Source: a virus
Taxonomy: Duplodnaviria; Caudoviricetes
Virus record (IMG/VR): IMGVR_UViG_3300010413_000114
Span: 1-31,774 of that record
Length of the DNA stretch: 31,774 nt
Direction: 5' to 3' (one strand)
Shown here: one piece after another, positions 20,301-26,584 of the stretch
Numbering within the stretch: the first letter of the stretch is position 1
Layout: each line of letters opens with the position of its first letter
Notes under the pieces: generated by a model
What the model was told of the DNA's origin: nothing
What the model saw: the letters and a program-made list of their open reading frames with translations, nothing else
Database searches by the model: none
Position numbers and translations under genes: made by a program

Positions 20301-20661
20301 TATACGCATCCCCCATGACCTTGGCGTTATACCAGGGTGGCATTGCAGCCTGACGCTGGATCTCACTGTCAAATGGTTGGGTTTCTTTGATGGCCTGGTA
20401 CCTGGCTATTCGTTGTGGGTTCTCCCAATATCCCCGTACATAATTCTGCCAGTATTGTTTCTGTGGCCACCACGGTTTGACAAATGAGAACCCACCAGCT
20501 GATGGTTGTTGTACTGGTTCTGGTTCTTGTGCTGGTCCCACTGGTCCTGTTGCTACAGGTGTCTTCCCCTTCAATGCATAATAGCTTGGTGCATCGGGCG
20601 AATAGCTTGGACCAGAAGGTTTAGCTGGCTCTTGTGGTTGCTTCTTCAGCCAATTTAACAT
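8383..20661 (-). CDS. Giant polyvalent virion/ejection protein (~4,092 aa)
   Basis: Uninterrupted 12.3-kb ORF. Start moved to ATG 20661 (TGATG coupling). N-terminal Gly-zipper hydrophobic segment, two ART-PolyVal-like domains, an HEVGH zincin motif and a Cys-rich GP88-like domain. Confidence 0.88.
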   Translation of the reverse strand: MLNWLKKQPQEPAKPSGPSYSPDAPSYYALKGKTPVATGPVGPAQEPEPVQQPSAGGFSFVKPWWPQKQYWQNYVRGYWENPQRIARYQAIKETQPFDSEIQRQAAMPPWYNAKVMGDAYKKLSEQNAGKPWWLWNYLPYDDPTSLELLNLPQPPKDPWAGIREYYPGGRVPLSDIRRGWQQPYSTIPEEDIQNPALGGLTNKQYEELPTWMKTMQGLMTAGGGIVQPTLMGAVMGTFGAPGVGTLIGGAMGAGLGGVGLLAQKYPEAPGMPLVSNILKWLNVPAEHMERALGTGEMLWNAWRYPEEGRDLETILANLPQAYEANLAYYESGQSAGIPDVMYHLEDTYSWLKEKEDSGDLEWKDAIPGLARMFRGMATSRGGGSGIWNLASVAEAMKKGKIEHPEQIFDYIAGPGEEWYLGAAAPMEAPITGDDLVWSVFNELVSNPDANVREIMERAMYVDGMLNLNAITSDLVGQVALDPLNVAGPITKAPIKAYAGLTKNKYLQMAARVQGGVPKVFQTYGAILRRAVPAEEIATMGSVARWLGDVTKDGVPRSVNYKPSNNAAIRAVSWLFQLQPKARAGETLNHGADVLMKVYDTAKNEDELLGLVDKISNTPDELATELSMKAIQSPDARVIPMASKDFMPTATEMVDNFKAYDWNRGIFHAVRDMLKDSTSGLLQKIKEVKEFDAVFETIKRAAYETDTDAAKLIIKSIEDGTLYADNLRQKLLPFTNDNTFVDFDHLKKAMVGAQMEHMSKWAATWFGVKPDPLWVRLSNTMKASQSFLLLGLNPTYFFNNTIDNTVVSIAEGIFGFNTPASRAKIWDEMLGKGMRPVRYSDGQGPYATGINVDYTGLTEATKKTDFLNKVNRILRSKGVEKIQVFQTLSSNAEAHASAQGYTIATKQFYDTNWRRGLGFDRMPAILENDLRALNPDLPELIYGIIEGGISQKAIENRLWANIKRRGLSWAVDDMVKESQAAGIPLDINQATDLISKLGVKEFLDERLVDAVTPEQVMDVFNSLDEHIVKKLDEMITRETKAMTEQAALATSAQGEGLVGVLPIWDKLQEQYTQRWLAGYEHWEAAFLAGEKLDFDARSALYQKTRAQETAHWNRYYMIEKAHYLGIAQGLGVCGPDTLELLRFVEEKMLNNKEFYYAKQKALDEFWGTQWKSKVERDAGWSSTVDTINELSRIRMDQEMQLMEAMDNHLAELAYNQFGDIGKQAVTEWREGVRNIVKEMNLEMDKFQERLKTIKGKKRHDAWRNFLQTGGGYYEKILSKYERNVVGVREMIRKIMGVGEEKAPPTEPGPGPEPSAPPTHAAPEGGPKPMEPAVPGEVTPVGMEGPAEKAALGAEIPEAPPPPEPKIIGSAADAISAMRQQELIDLRNRKASEVAQKKLGEAVVSQDWEQLGAALDDIEQIHEALGGRTSEELNDIWRMAYEEYQRVQRGKVRKVAQEYGIETADTAGHYKRGADGRIYQTVKKYGPILDDPNLAKQADDVYTFNDITEELARAVFEKRKEMKESGVDVQYWQIQPPKEQDLEWYNWQNDTVEQLPKAMENRDIGIIAEGAGDVFRELTKTYPDWGYIEEKLQRIEREVSAVTKALTPEATEQLTNYVNEWLFTADMPEHLEVARELNLSLIDTPEEILAAVAKVRDLKKEMMLGRKLHPVEHQILDATVPISEIGDEVVRAALEERLGEMLAEIEMGQPAQDIYIEGRYESTLPKTYPVWYETFKQTYYNNPNNDIPATRRKKYAIVGALQDMIKGEAVDVAITRSLREIALGDIGNRSDVRASLGLDFSENLFRRELNDVEKTLRDPRIITIEGQLEKVEARLTDLELTMPKDASQDLIDDYLAIQARLADLKYPAEPTIPEMDDIMKTIPYAKEIQEYIRRATNLDDAARSTAKDDTLPEILYQVGDEASMRWFGESAVSESNGMPLVVYHGTDAEQPFTIFARSSDIGFHFGTAKAANDRLQMFGLLDTAPPENSRILPVILKIVNPMEVSDAFDPYKLIEDMEKRNYISFRESMKLINEIDKVKGETYGEFISKYVEGEKWTDAEYFAWERQFKDSQQLQWRVLRNYIEDLGYDGLKYINAVEGVVDEFGNVTNDYSWVAFRANQIKSIWHDGNYTDGPSILFQPAEQLSMFPEERPKLTLEMQEAKGGKFKPGEEPQPILPGMEDAMQSQLRMKGAVNAGSGEVGGPLFGEQNMAAAALGMNKMQVHMDLMHYFELWPEEAQVVIDVIDRRANLWAKKYGKTPEEYYATHFAEITNEKPSRSSLFQMLPDSAYLKGSARPEQTITPPQTLAEFVSQIQNTGTRVTPEQAKYVGALVEAVAETAGIDPDHFVSINWGGVKRSQYDSTATGMIYKTALPDIDNMAVTEYLNKVHGQDSDKYFDDFVNFIMRKNRSFEIKDPDTGLPIIDPVTGKKMKGFNAVHLNDKTLMALDVSANCPFRKMNRSCIICYVDLPRSKKAVGIQKGPVNPNLIYESAPYESMQILDMPQDTVDFLNASGGMRVFSIGDFQEMDIPVLDQAVADAAERGLNLKMITKQPEALERYGQYEHVYFNLSTDYNPQHADALSEFALTQLIEQNRQLLKAGGHSPKEIDAMMPRLDVIKSMPADELPEMAKFVMRQQSMLVESLTTANREISFGWDIDEAAALAKDNPRVAVRYVAMNAEDAVKAIMDDRFDVVTLYHGNVDPDIFKIVWDYQDPHLKEVLGPNTVDILANMYSSRKVPEFFKAIDEDFLHKWAGPDATMDEFTDKAWSKLCCGTGRCSTCGVCCGFKRGDGGDIINMVLNGVNRSAVEFGHDGKAIMHAFSDATNVGDFANSLMPVFVKYLTPDDSSILKAEAGLKAGAEWNEAALNKVGTWFEIYLKKRKNYVTSGTYRLPIPERLQPMFDKFNEWLSRIYWKVKSNTAYKATVNDTVKGIFDRMIGLTDKDSNVLYKMSYDQMMGETARGAVSFLDDGKAIIHALNNPDLTTVLHEVGHIFRRDLDAADLKIAEDWAGAKNGVWTRAAEEKFADGWVQYLREGKAPVEGLARVFEQLKEWIATIYARAKGQLPNLTDEMRGVYDRLLAEYPEIEEYKIRTEQGYARIQPPDARAENFMKWFGESKIMDEDGAPKTVYHGTSKMNYDGADFDIFDPRQGVRGWMYFTDDPRYASEMAGEWNNARIKPVNLKMENPLDLSNLKHSYDSSVDAIRDLAKAIGSIPEFAAEGLTEEFIYNKITKLYTDQGRAAPAIPWVLMKVLNDSTDLTRIARSNGYDGFIFPDYIDVWRNGRAADRVDAISYVVFDSKQVKSIYNGGLYDPENPSILFQMEDGRELNLPQIEDNPAMNLPPGSVGDIDDNAPQSWMALDGYETILKPLLDGARERIASDDAVIPEGIQNVGQAIPEETMRDLRGYMGNVYGQQNDTKLAATRYGEMKRDSALLNYNKRYNFDNLLQAIMPYQFWYTRSAAKWALRAMDSPAIFANYARLRSAQTKALQQPGFPKRLENKIRMPTPFLPEWMGGGLYMDPLKKLFPFTQLTRPYDAYAEEQNLINKRAQGIIENQVENGEITPEEAKLALTNLEGPVWEQAYSKAYLDVEPEITSPIEFSRVLLGWSLPLTWAYEVYKGRPERISQLPISRTIQNITGMLGGMLGGSNKGINIEAPLRKQLGLPEQDMWQDYRIERELSNMAAEGWDTEEILRAQVEYSGPAFEEAERRVAATGQLRWIGGPFGVDLFPEGEQKQRALKNDYDKAMEAWVNGGKYEDTVGKFFDEYPEYQARKQSFIDDPEERLRMLMRSKIWDAYNNKLSSLQKKEVTERLGDVFQNAFLDKETRSYDSIDTATLALWSKTMGEYVPTSAPELPQVEFEFSPPEIDTQYQAYVDERNTRFPHLSRMWDMLYSLPENQRQKISDEMPMFDDYYDWQTVYLSEHPDIIEYVLSDQAKMKGAPAEAQALYYQYYGQVETLWGDEIYDIQNGYYEQPTRNAKRQYLKEFPQLIDFWDHKDSFLSMYPEMIPYLKSVESIAEDVLGNNYEKKVQVNIDEMPTSLVRSLMGYYWTGDPLSDGARIAVRKIWEDMGRPGGDLDTFIDEILVTQFMQYSPIQ
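10710..11350 (-). other. ADP-ribosyltransferase-like (ART-PolyVal-type) domain, copy 2, in the giant protein
   Basis: FMKWFGESKIMDEDGAPKTVYHGT...F..F...MYFT...NPL...GYDG...YVVFDSKQVKSIYNGGLYD. Confidence 0.75.
11425..11795 (-). other. Zincin metallopeptidase-like domain (HExxH) in the giant protein
   Basis: RGAVSFLDDGKAII...TTVLHEVGH (11698-11712)...EEKFA (candidate third Zn ligand). Confidence 0.75.
12315..13380 (-). other. GP88-like / radical-SAM-like Fe-S domain in the giant protein
   Basis: C-x8-C-x2-C-Y (13273-13314), GGMRVFSIGDF, ITK, NLSTD, and the C-terminal cluster CCGTGRCSTCGVCC (12319-12360). Confidence 0.6.
14250..14900 (-). other. ADP-ribosyltransferase-like (ART-PolyVal-type) domain, copy 1, in the giant protein
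   Basis: RWFGESAVSESNGMPLVVYHGT...GFHFGT...NP...GYDGLKYINAVEG...WVAFRANQIKSIWHDGNY. Confidence 0.75.
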
Positions 20662-21659
20662 CAGATATTCCACCTGACCATGGCCATCATCCAATCAGGT
20701 ATCTGTCTATTTTGATTTCTATTTTGATATCCCATATATTTGGATGATGGTCCATAGCTGTAATTGCTTGGATATTCTGTTGGCGTTGATGGTTGTCCAC
20801 CTCCACCACCTCCACCACCTCCACGGCCTCCACGACTTCCACCACCTCTATATCCTCCACCACCTCCATATCCTGTATCTGGTCCTTGCTGTTGTGGTGG
20901 CATTGGTTGTGGCCTGACCACTGGATTGATGTATCGATCTTGACCGCTATAGCCCATACGTGTAAGCAAATAATCTATCCATGCTCCACTAGAATAACCT
21001 TCATCCCAGAATGGTCCGAAGTGTGGGACTACACCTTCTTCTAGTAAGTAATTGGTGAAGTCTTGTGACTCGTATTCTGGCATTCCTGTTTCCGGATTGT
21101 AGATGATGTTGCCGAACTCATCACGCTTGAAGACATCAGCCTTTGGTAATGATGGGTTGAAGAAGACACCTGTCTGATCAGTGGGTGGATTCAGCTGTGT
21201 GTTCATTGCATAGTTGTACCAATCCTGTGTGGTCCAGGTTGATTTGTCGGCAGCATTATATGGAGGTGCAGGTTGCAATCTATATTGATCTGGTGTCATT
21301 CTTCCTCGTGCTCCACCTGGTGTAAATCCATAAGGACCTGGTACTGTTGCACCTCTGTATTGGTAATAGCTTGGATATCCAACACGCTGGTATTGGTTCT
21401 GTCGCAAATGCTGCCCGGTCAACCATGCTGGTGTTCCAAATCCTACTGGTTCCTGAGGCACTTGTTCTACTTCATATGGTGGTGGTTGTGGTGGTCCAAC
21501 TTGCTTTGTATGTTTAGCTGGTTTCCTACGTGATGGATATGTGGCAAGATTTGAGAAGTCAACACCATACTTGGCCAATGCTTTCTTGGACCCACCCCTG
21601 GCACTACCCTGGCTAGCTGTTGATCTTGTTGGTGTTTTGTATTTGAATCTTACTGGCAT
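20661..21659 (-). CDS. Low-complexity P/Q/G/Y-rich protein with RGG tract (putative internal virion/ejection protein)
   Basis: 332 aa; basic N-terminus, poly-Gly/RGG segment; translationally coupled to the giant protein. Confidence 0.7.
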   Translation of the reverse strand: MPVRFKYKTPTRSTASQGSARGGSKKALAKYGVDFSNLATYPSRRKPAKHTKQVGPPQPPPYEVEQVPQEPVGFGTPAWLTGQHLRQNQYQRVGYPSYYQYRGATVPGPYGFTPGGARGRMTPDQYRLQPAPPYNAADKSTWTTQDWYNYAMNTQLNPPTDQTGVFFNPSLPKADVFKRDEFGNIIYNPETGMPEYESQDFTNYLLEEGVVPHFGPFWDEGYSSGAWIDYLLTRMGYSGQDRYINPVVRPQPMPPQQQGPDTGYGGGGGYRGGGSRGGRGGGGGGGGGQPSTPTEYPSNYSYGPSSKYMGYQNRNQNRQIPDWMMAMVRWNI

Positions 21660-21662
21660 GGA

Positions 21663-21872
21663 TCACCTTCCATAATTATCTTCTAATCGTTTCATTGCAT
21701 CTGGTGCCAGTGCTCGTAGTTCTTCCCGGGCAGCTGGTGGTAATGTCTTTATCAATGCAGCCACCAATGCTTCACGTAATGGCATCTCCCATCGTTGATC
21801 AAAGGATGCCTTCCATAATTCATACTTGGTTGTACCACTGAGATATGCCGACTCAGCTATCTTCCTGTTCAT
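21663..21872 (-). CDS. Hypothetical protein (69 aa)
   Basis: ATGA coupling to the upstream gene; fills the gap in the operon exactly. Confidence 0.7.
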   Translation of the reverse strand: MNRKIAESAYLSGTTKYELWKASFDQRWEMPLREALVAALIKTLPPAAREELRALAPDAMKRLEDNYGR

Positions 21873-22084
21873 CTTCGCCTACGTCTGGGTGGTGCTATCT
21901 TTGGGAATGGCACACCTTCAAACCAATCACGAGCTTTATTGACTATCCTTCTAGCCTGGTTCCTGGGTGTAGCTTGACCTGGCACCGTCTTAGCTGGTCG
22001 TTCTTCTCCTGTCTGCATGTTGACTGATCGATAGGTCCTACGTGTTGGCCTGGTTCTATTCTGTCGTCTGGATCTACTTGGCAT
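21869..22084 (-). CDS. Arg-rich small basic protein (71 aa)
   Basis: AGGAG RBS after the portal gene; MPSRSRRQNRTR...PPRRRRR. Confidence 0.7.
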   Translation of the reverse strand: MPSRSRRQNRTRPTRRTYRSVNMQTGEERPAKTVPGQATPRNQARRIVNKARDWFEGVPFPKIAPPRRRRR

Positions 22085-22086
22085 GA

Positions 22087-23916
22087 CTAATCTCCTATTG
22101 GTTCCACATTAGCTCTAGGTGGTACGGGTAATGGTGATCGAGGCATTGCTGGATTAGGACCAGGTAATGGACCCTGATTGCCACCCATCATCTCTTCTTG
22201 GGATGGTCCCATTTGTGCGCCCGGTGGCATTCCTGGTGGCCCCTGCTGTGGTGGCCCCTGCTGTGGTGGTCCTTCCTGTGGATAATAACCTGGTCCGAAT
22301 TGACCTTGACCATACTGCATTCCCTGGACCTGCATCTTCATCTGCAACAGCTCTTGTTCTTTCTGCATGTTCTGTTGTTCTTGCATCAGGAAGTCTGCCT
22401 TGGCACGCAGATCTGCAGCTGTCTCATCCCAGATATCTTCCACCATCTTGTCTGGTTGTCCGATACCCAGGTATTCTTCACGGGCATACTTGCGTGATAC
22501 TAGTGGGTGCTCTCCATCGGTGAGGATCCTGGCCGTGTTCGCTTGCTGCAATCTGTCTTGTGGTAGTGCAATGTCGAGCTTGGCCTCCATCTCAAATACA
22601 TCTGGTATTGCATCAGCACTTAACCCACCGTACCTGCCTTCATACTTGACCTTGCTGCCTTCCTTCTTCCACCACTGCAAACACAACTTGATCACATCTG
22701 CAATTGCCCATGAAGCTTTCCGCTGGGTCATGAGTAGTGGTAGTCGCCCGGCCTGGTGCAGCATGGCAACCATACTGAAGGGCGCATTACTTCCAAGTGG
22801 TTCACCTAGTGTCTGGCTATAGATCGAGGACTCAGCCACTAATCGTTCTGCCAGCTCCAATCCTTGGGTTAGTGATGGATCGATAATCTGTTTATTCAGT
22901 GCTTTGAATTCTTCCCCGGGTAAGATCGTTGCAACTCCACCTGGTGTATCCCATCTGACATCAAGCTCTCGTTCTGGATTCTGTGCAGTGAATATAAATT
23001 GTGGGTTGGTCCCGAGCGCATACATCAAGGTGTAGATCACTGACATTGCCAGGTTCTGCCTCTTCCACAGTTCTGATTTATCGATGGAGTATAGGAATGG
23101 TTGTCGTTGCTGTTCTGGATCTTCAAACAATAGGGACCCTTCACCAATCATAGAGATGACCGGGATCCTTCCAAGCTTGTGCTCTTCAAACCATAAGGCC
23201 TGATCATTACTGGATGTCAACCAATCGTACCTGATCTTGTTGTCCCAGAATATGTTTAGCTCAGTCTCAGCATACCTGTTCTCAGATCCTAGCAACTTGA
23301 TGGCCTCATCCCCATAGTCATCAATTATCTGACCGCTGGTTGTCTTCACCTTTCGATGGAATGCCTTCAGTCCAGTGGGACCATACTCCGGATATCCTTC
23401 ATTGGGGTGCCAGACATCAGCTATATATGGGGTCATCAGCTCCAGCTCTTTCGCTCTGATCATTGCTGCATCATCACCACCTTCAGCTTGTTTGACCAGG
23501 TCCGAGGTTTTGGTGATACCGATATGCACTTCCGAGTACAACAACAGGGATAGCACGATGTCATAATGAAGGGGATTCTGTCTGACCCTACCCATGTTTC
23601 GCCATAGGACCGTGGCCCACCGTTCTAGCTTATCCCCGATATCAACCACATTCTTTTCGTTCTTATCCTCTGGCACCGAGAATGCAGGATCTCCAGCTAC
23701 CAATAATCGTAAGGCCCCAATGACCTTATTGCGTGGATCTGGAGACTTAGTTACCCTGAGATTTTCTTGCTTTCGTTTCATCTCGTTTTCTTCATCCCAG
23801 GTCATAAGGAATAGTTCCTCATACTTATCGTTGTAGCTGTTCCTTTCGCCCATATCCTCGACCATCTTCTGGCACCTGAGCTTCACTGAATTGAATTCTT
23901 CCTGGTTCACATCCAT
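22087..23916 (-). CDS. Portal (head-tail connector) protein
   Basis: 609 aa directly after the large terminase; PGG.....PGE motif; Q/M-rich helix and P/Q/G-rich tail typical of podovirus portals. Confidence 0.8.
   Translation of the reverse strand: MDVNQEEFNSVKLRCQKMVEDMGERNSYNDKYEELFLMTWDEENEMKRKQENLRVTKSPDPRNKVIGALRLLVAGDPAFSVPEDKNEKNVVDIGDKLERWATVLWRNMGRVRQNPLHYDIVLSLLLYSEVHIGITKTSDLVKQAEGGDDAAMIRAKELELMTPYIADVWHPNEGYPEYGPTGLKAFHRKVKTTSGQIIDDYGDEAIKLLGSENRYAETELNIFWDNKIRYDWLTSSNDQALWFEEHKLGRIPVISMIGEGSLLFEDPEQQRQPFLYSIDKSELWKRQNLAMSVIYTLMYALGTNPQFIFTAQNPERELDVRWDTPGGVATILPGEEFKALNKQIIDPSLTQGLELAERLVAESSIYSQTLGEPLGSNAPFSMVAMLHQAGRLPLLMTQRKASWAIADVIKLCLQWWKKEGSKVKYEGRYGGLSADAIPDVFEMEAKLDIALPQDRLQQANTARILTDGEHPLVSRKYAREEYLGIGQPDKMVEDIWDETAADLRAKADFLMQEQQNMQKEQELLQMKMQVQGMQYGQGQFGPGYYPQEGPPQQGPPQQGPPGMPPGAQMGPSQEEMMGGNQGPLPGPNPAMPRSPLPVPPRANVEPIGD
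22234..22278. repeat. 15-bp tandem repeat x3 (encodes (Q)QGPP repeats in the portal tail)
   Basis: TGGTGGCCCCTGCTG twice exactly, plus TGGTGGTCCTTCCTG. Confidence 0.85.
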
Positions 23917-23917
23917 A

Positions 23918-25255
23918 TTAGATACCTCTCACTGTTTGTAGTGGTGATTTTGTTCTGACTTTCTTCTTCTTATCTGCAGCACCCAACAACAATGCCGTCA
24001 GTCCATATCTCAGCGCATCATACGCATGGTCCTCAGCATCAGTGTCCACATCTTCCACATTAGTTTCATCATAGGGTAATGCCGGGAGAGTCTCGGCCAG
24101 GTTCTTGCATGTTCTGAATATCTGCAGGCCTGGTCGTCCATCTGGTCCATTGGCTAGTGCTCGATCGACCTTACGCTTCCCACTCAATCTGTTGTTGTCG
24201 GCCTGGGTCAGCATCACACCCACTGCAGCATACTCATCAGCTGTGGATGTTTTTCGCCCAGCCCACTGCATCGATTGCCACATGCTAGGATCTGCATATG
24301 TGAATATTATTGTCTCGTTCTGTGCGGTCATCTCCCTGATCAACATTGCCTGTTCTCGATCCGATAGCTCCCTTGCATATGCTTCCCGGTATACATATAT
24401 GGTGCCTCGGACCGGGTCCTTAGCCAACCACAAACAACAGAACGGAGCACTATAACCCCAATCAACAGCTCTCCATCTTGGCCAATGACCAGGTAGTTCT
24501 ATCGGATCGATCAGGTGCAGATCTTCACGCCATGCCGGGAATGCCATGCCAGCGAATACATCCCAATTGCCGTCAACCCAGGCAGACCTCAATGGTTCAG
24601 GCAGCGAATTCAATTCATCCCAATAAGATTGTGATAGGTGTGGGTTGTCTTTAGGTAAGGCTTTGATGAATTGGAATTGATCAGCTTTTGGTACCAGCTC
24701 AGATGGATAATTGTGATCTATCCAGATCCGCTTGACCCATAGATGACCTGGTCCACCTGGGTTCGTTGCCCCTGCGAAGGGATTGTGTGGGATCCCCGGC
24801 CATCTTAAGGACCCACGCAACACATTGAATGTATCGTAACTGTTCTTGGTCAGCTCATCCACTCCGATTGCAGCGAACTCGGCCGACTGATATTTGGTTG
24901 GATCGTCCAGGTTTCTCAGTGCCACCATACCACCCCCCAGTGACTCATTGATGTAGAACCCGAGGCCATCAGTCTGTGTTGATTTCAATTTGCCCAGCCA
25001 GATGGGGAATTCTTTATTGATCTTGCTGATCTGACGGTCCTTCAAGCTCGGGTAGTCTTCACAGAACAGACCCACCCTGGCTCCTGGTATGCCCAGCACA
25101 TCGGTGTAATACAGTGGCAGCATAACGAAAGACCACCGCAACCAATACGACTTTCCAGGACCACGAGCACCACCGTATAAGATGTACTTGTGGGAGAAGA
25201 GTGCCTTGAATGCAAGGTTTTGTTTGCTGGTCCACTTCACCAGCTCGGAAAGCAT
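23918..25255 (-). CDS. terL: Terminase large subunit
   Basis: Walker A YGGARGPGKS, Walker B IGVDE, ATNPGGPGH coupling motif, nuclease AVDWGY and DHAYDALRY. Confidence 0.96.
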   Translation of the reverse strand: MLSELVKWTSKQNLAFKALFSHKYILYGGARGPGKSYWLRWSFVMLPLYYTDVLGIPGARVGLFCEDYPSLKDRQISKINKEFPIWLGKLKSTQTDGLGFYINESLGGGMVALRNLDDPTKYQSAEFAAIGVDELTKNSYDTFNVLRGSLRWPGIPHNPFAGATNPGGPGHLWVKRIWIDHNYPSELVPKADQFQFIKALPKDNPHLSQSYWDELNSLPEPLRSAWVDGNWDVFAGMAFPAWREDLHLIDPIELPGHWPRWRAVDWGYSAPFCCLWLAKDPVRGTIYVYREAYARELSDREQAMLIREMTAQNETIIFTYADPSMWQSMQWAGRKTSTADEYAAVGVMLTQADNNRLSGKRKVDRALANGPDGRPGLQIFRTCKNLAETLPALPYDETNVEDVDTDAEDHAYDALRYGLTALLLGAADKKKKVRTKSPLQTVRGI

Positions 25256-25761
25256 TACGTTTTGGGTAATGGTGGTACCTCCAGATCCCAGATCAGATTG
25301 ACGTTGCCCTCATGCTTGACTTTCTCCGAGAACAAATCATGGTACTTCCCCATCAGTTCGATGGCCCGTAGCTTGTTATGCATTTGCACATTTACTCGCC
25401 CGGTTAGATCTCGTTTCAGACTGCTGACCAGATGACCATTGGCTTTGATCTTCCTCATGTCCAGATGATATGGTGGTCCATCTGTCATCAGGCTACCTAT
25501 ATCACCTTCCACTATCTGGGACAGTCTAGTCAATACCTCGAGGGGAGACATCAATCGTTCTTCCAGGACCTGGTCGATTGCCTCCCTGATCTTAGGTTTT
25601 CTTAGGTTATCATACCCGGTCACACTCAGGACGTTGTCAGATCCTCTGTAACCTGCACGCCTGGCAGCTTCTGTTGCATTTAAGGTTTCGATGTAGTGTG
25701 ACACAAACGCTTTCTGCTTTACCGTCAATCCATTACCGTTACTTGGTTTTCTTTTTCGCAT
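25255..25761 (-). CDS. terS: Terminase small subunit
   Basis: LTVKQKAFV..Y...NATEAARRAGY...NLRKPKI. Start probably ATG 25761 (track gives TTG 25788). TAATG coupling to terL. Confidence 0.93.
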   Translation of the reverse strand: MRKRKPSNGNGLTVKQKAFVSHYIETLNATEAARRAGYRGSDNVLSVTGYDNLRKPKIREAIDQVLEERLMSPLEVLTRLSQIVEGDIGSLMTDGPPYHLDMRKIKANGHLVSSLKRDLTGRVNVQMHNKLRAIELMGKYHDLFSEKVKHEGNVNLIWDLEVPPLPKT

Positions 25762-25900
25762 TTCCTTTCGGATTCTGCTTGCGATCAATGGTAGCTACAT
25801 ACGCCCGTGCTCGATCCCGGGTTAGATGTTGTGTTCGTTGGATGTATGAAACTGCCTCGCCAAAATTATGAAATGTTCTTGTTCCTATTTTTATCGGCAT
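25739..25900 (-). CDS. Small basic protein (53 aa, MPIKIGTRTF...)
   Basis: AAGG upstream of ATG 25900; bridges the holin-like gene and terS; ungapped similarity to the 61-aa protein at 1411-1596. Confidence 0.6.
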   Translation of the reverse strand: MPIKIGTRTFHNFGEAVSYIQRTQHLTRDRARAYVATIDRKQNPKGNAKKKTK

Positions 25901-26231
25901 TGTTATGCCTTTCATTATCATCATGAATATATGATTGCATTCGCCTGTCATGATCCATCAGCATTGTATTCTGTATCCGCAGGTTCTCACCGATTGTCTT
26001 TAACTCTTCAGCTATTCTTGAGTTGCAATCATTTCGTTCTTGCTGGATCATGTTTAGTTGGTTCATCCATTCCTTATCTTGCCGGGTGAACCACTCACGC
26101 CAATCAGCCATAACCTGACCAGCATGTGCTCTCTGTTCTTTTATCAATACATATGCGAATGCAGCGAATAATAATGCTACAACAATTGAAGGTGCCGACT
26201 GTGTAATCGACACCCAATCTATTGGTCCCAT
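25866..26231 (-). CDS. Single-TM plus coiled-coil protein (BhlA/UviB-like holin or lysis accessory)
   Basis: N-terminal TM segment SIVVALLFAAFAYVLI followed by a coiled coil; adjacent to the holin gene. Confidence 0.55.
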   Translation of the reverse strand: MGPIDWVSITQSAPSIVVALLFAAFAYVLIKEQRAHAGQVMADWREWFTRQDKEWMNQLNMIQQERNDCNSRIAEELKTIGENLRIQNTMLMDHDRRMQSYIHDDNERHNNADKNRNKNIS

Positions 26232-26236
26232 GTTTT

Positions 26237-26509
26237 CTACTCTAGCCTGGCAAATCTTTTGCTTAGATCATATAACCCACTGGCAGATAATGCTGTAGTC
26301 AACCCACCGATTATTACATTAAGCCAGGGAGATATCTGCGGATACAGATTCTGTAACTCCCACGCCAGACCTAAGACTAAACCTATTACCATGCTAAGAA
26401 CTATGGACCAGTTACCATTTACCCCCAGCTTCTTGGCGAATTCAACCAGGCCTACGATCACACCAATAATGATCACTACTGTTAGTGGATTCTCACTTGC
26501 GAAATACAT
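26237..26509 (-). CDS. Holin-like membrane protein (about 3 hydrophobic segments)
   Basis: IVGLVEFAKKLG...GLTTALSASGLYD motif, basic C-terminus, AGGAG RBS; first gene of the late operon. Confidence 0.75.
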   Translation of the reverse strand: MYFASENPLTVVIIIGVIVGLVEFAKKLGVNGNWSIVLSMVIGLVLGLAWELQNLYPQISPWLNVIIGGLTTALSASGLYDLSKRFARLE

Positions 26510-26537
26510 TGTTCACTCCTATAGTTACACTACTCTT

Positions 26538-26584
26538 CCACCTCCTGATCACCAAACCCACACCGTTTGTTGATCATGAGGTGG
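26538..26584 (-). other. Long stem-loop in the 5' leader of the holin/terminase operon
   Basis: 20-nt arms (26538-26557 and 26565-26584), 18/20 paired, 7-nt loop. Confidence 0.7.

Noticed and set aside
8383-20661. Giant ORF as a tape measure protein or virion RNA polymerase
   Set aside because: It lacks tape-measure periodicity and adjacent tail tube/chaperone genes, and I could not recognise polymerase catalytic motifs. A divergent fold in the N- or C-terminal thirds cannot be excluded without HMM or structure searches.
20797-20870. CCACCT-type repeats as a CRISPR array or other DNA element
   Set aside because: They simply encode the poly-Gly/RGG tract; there are no spacers.
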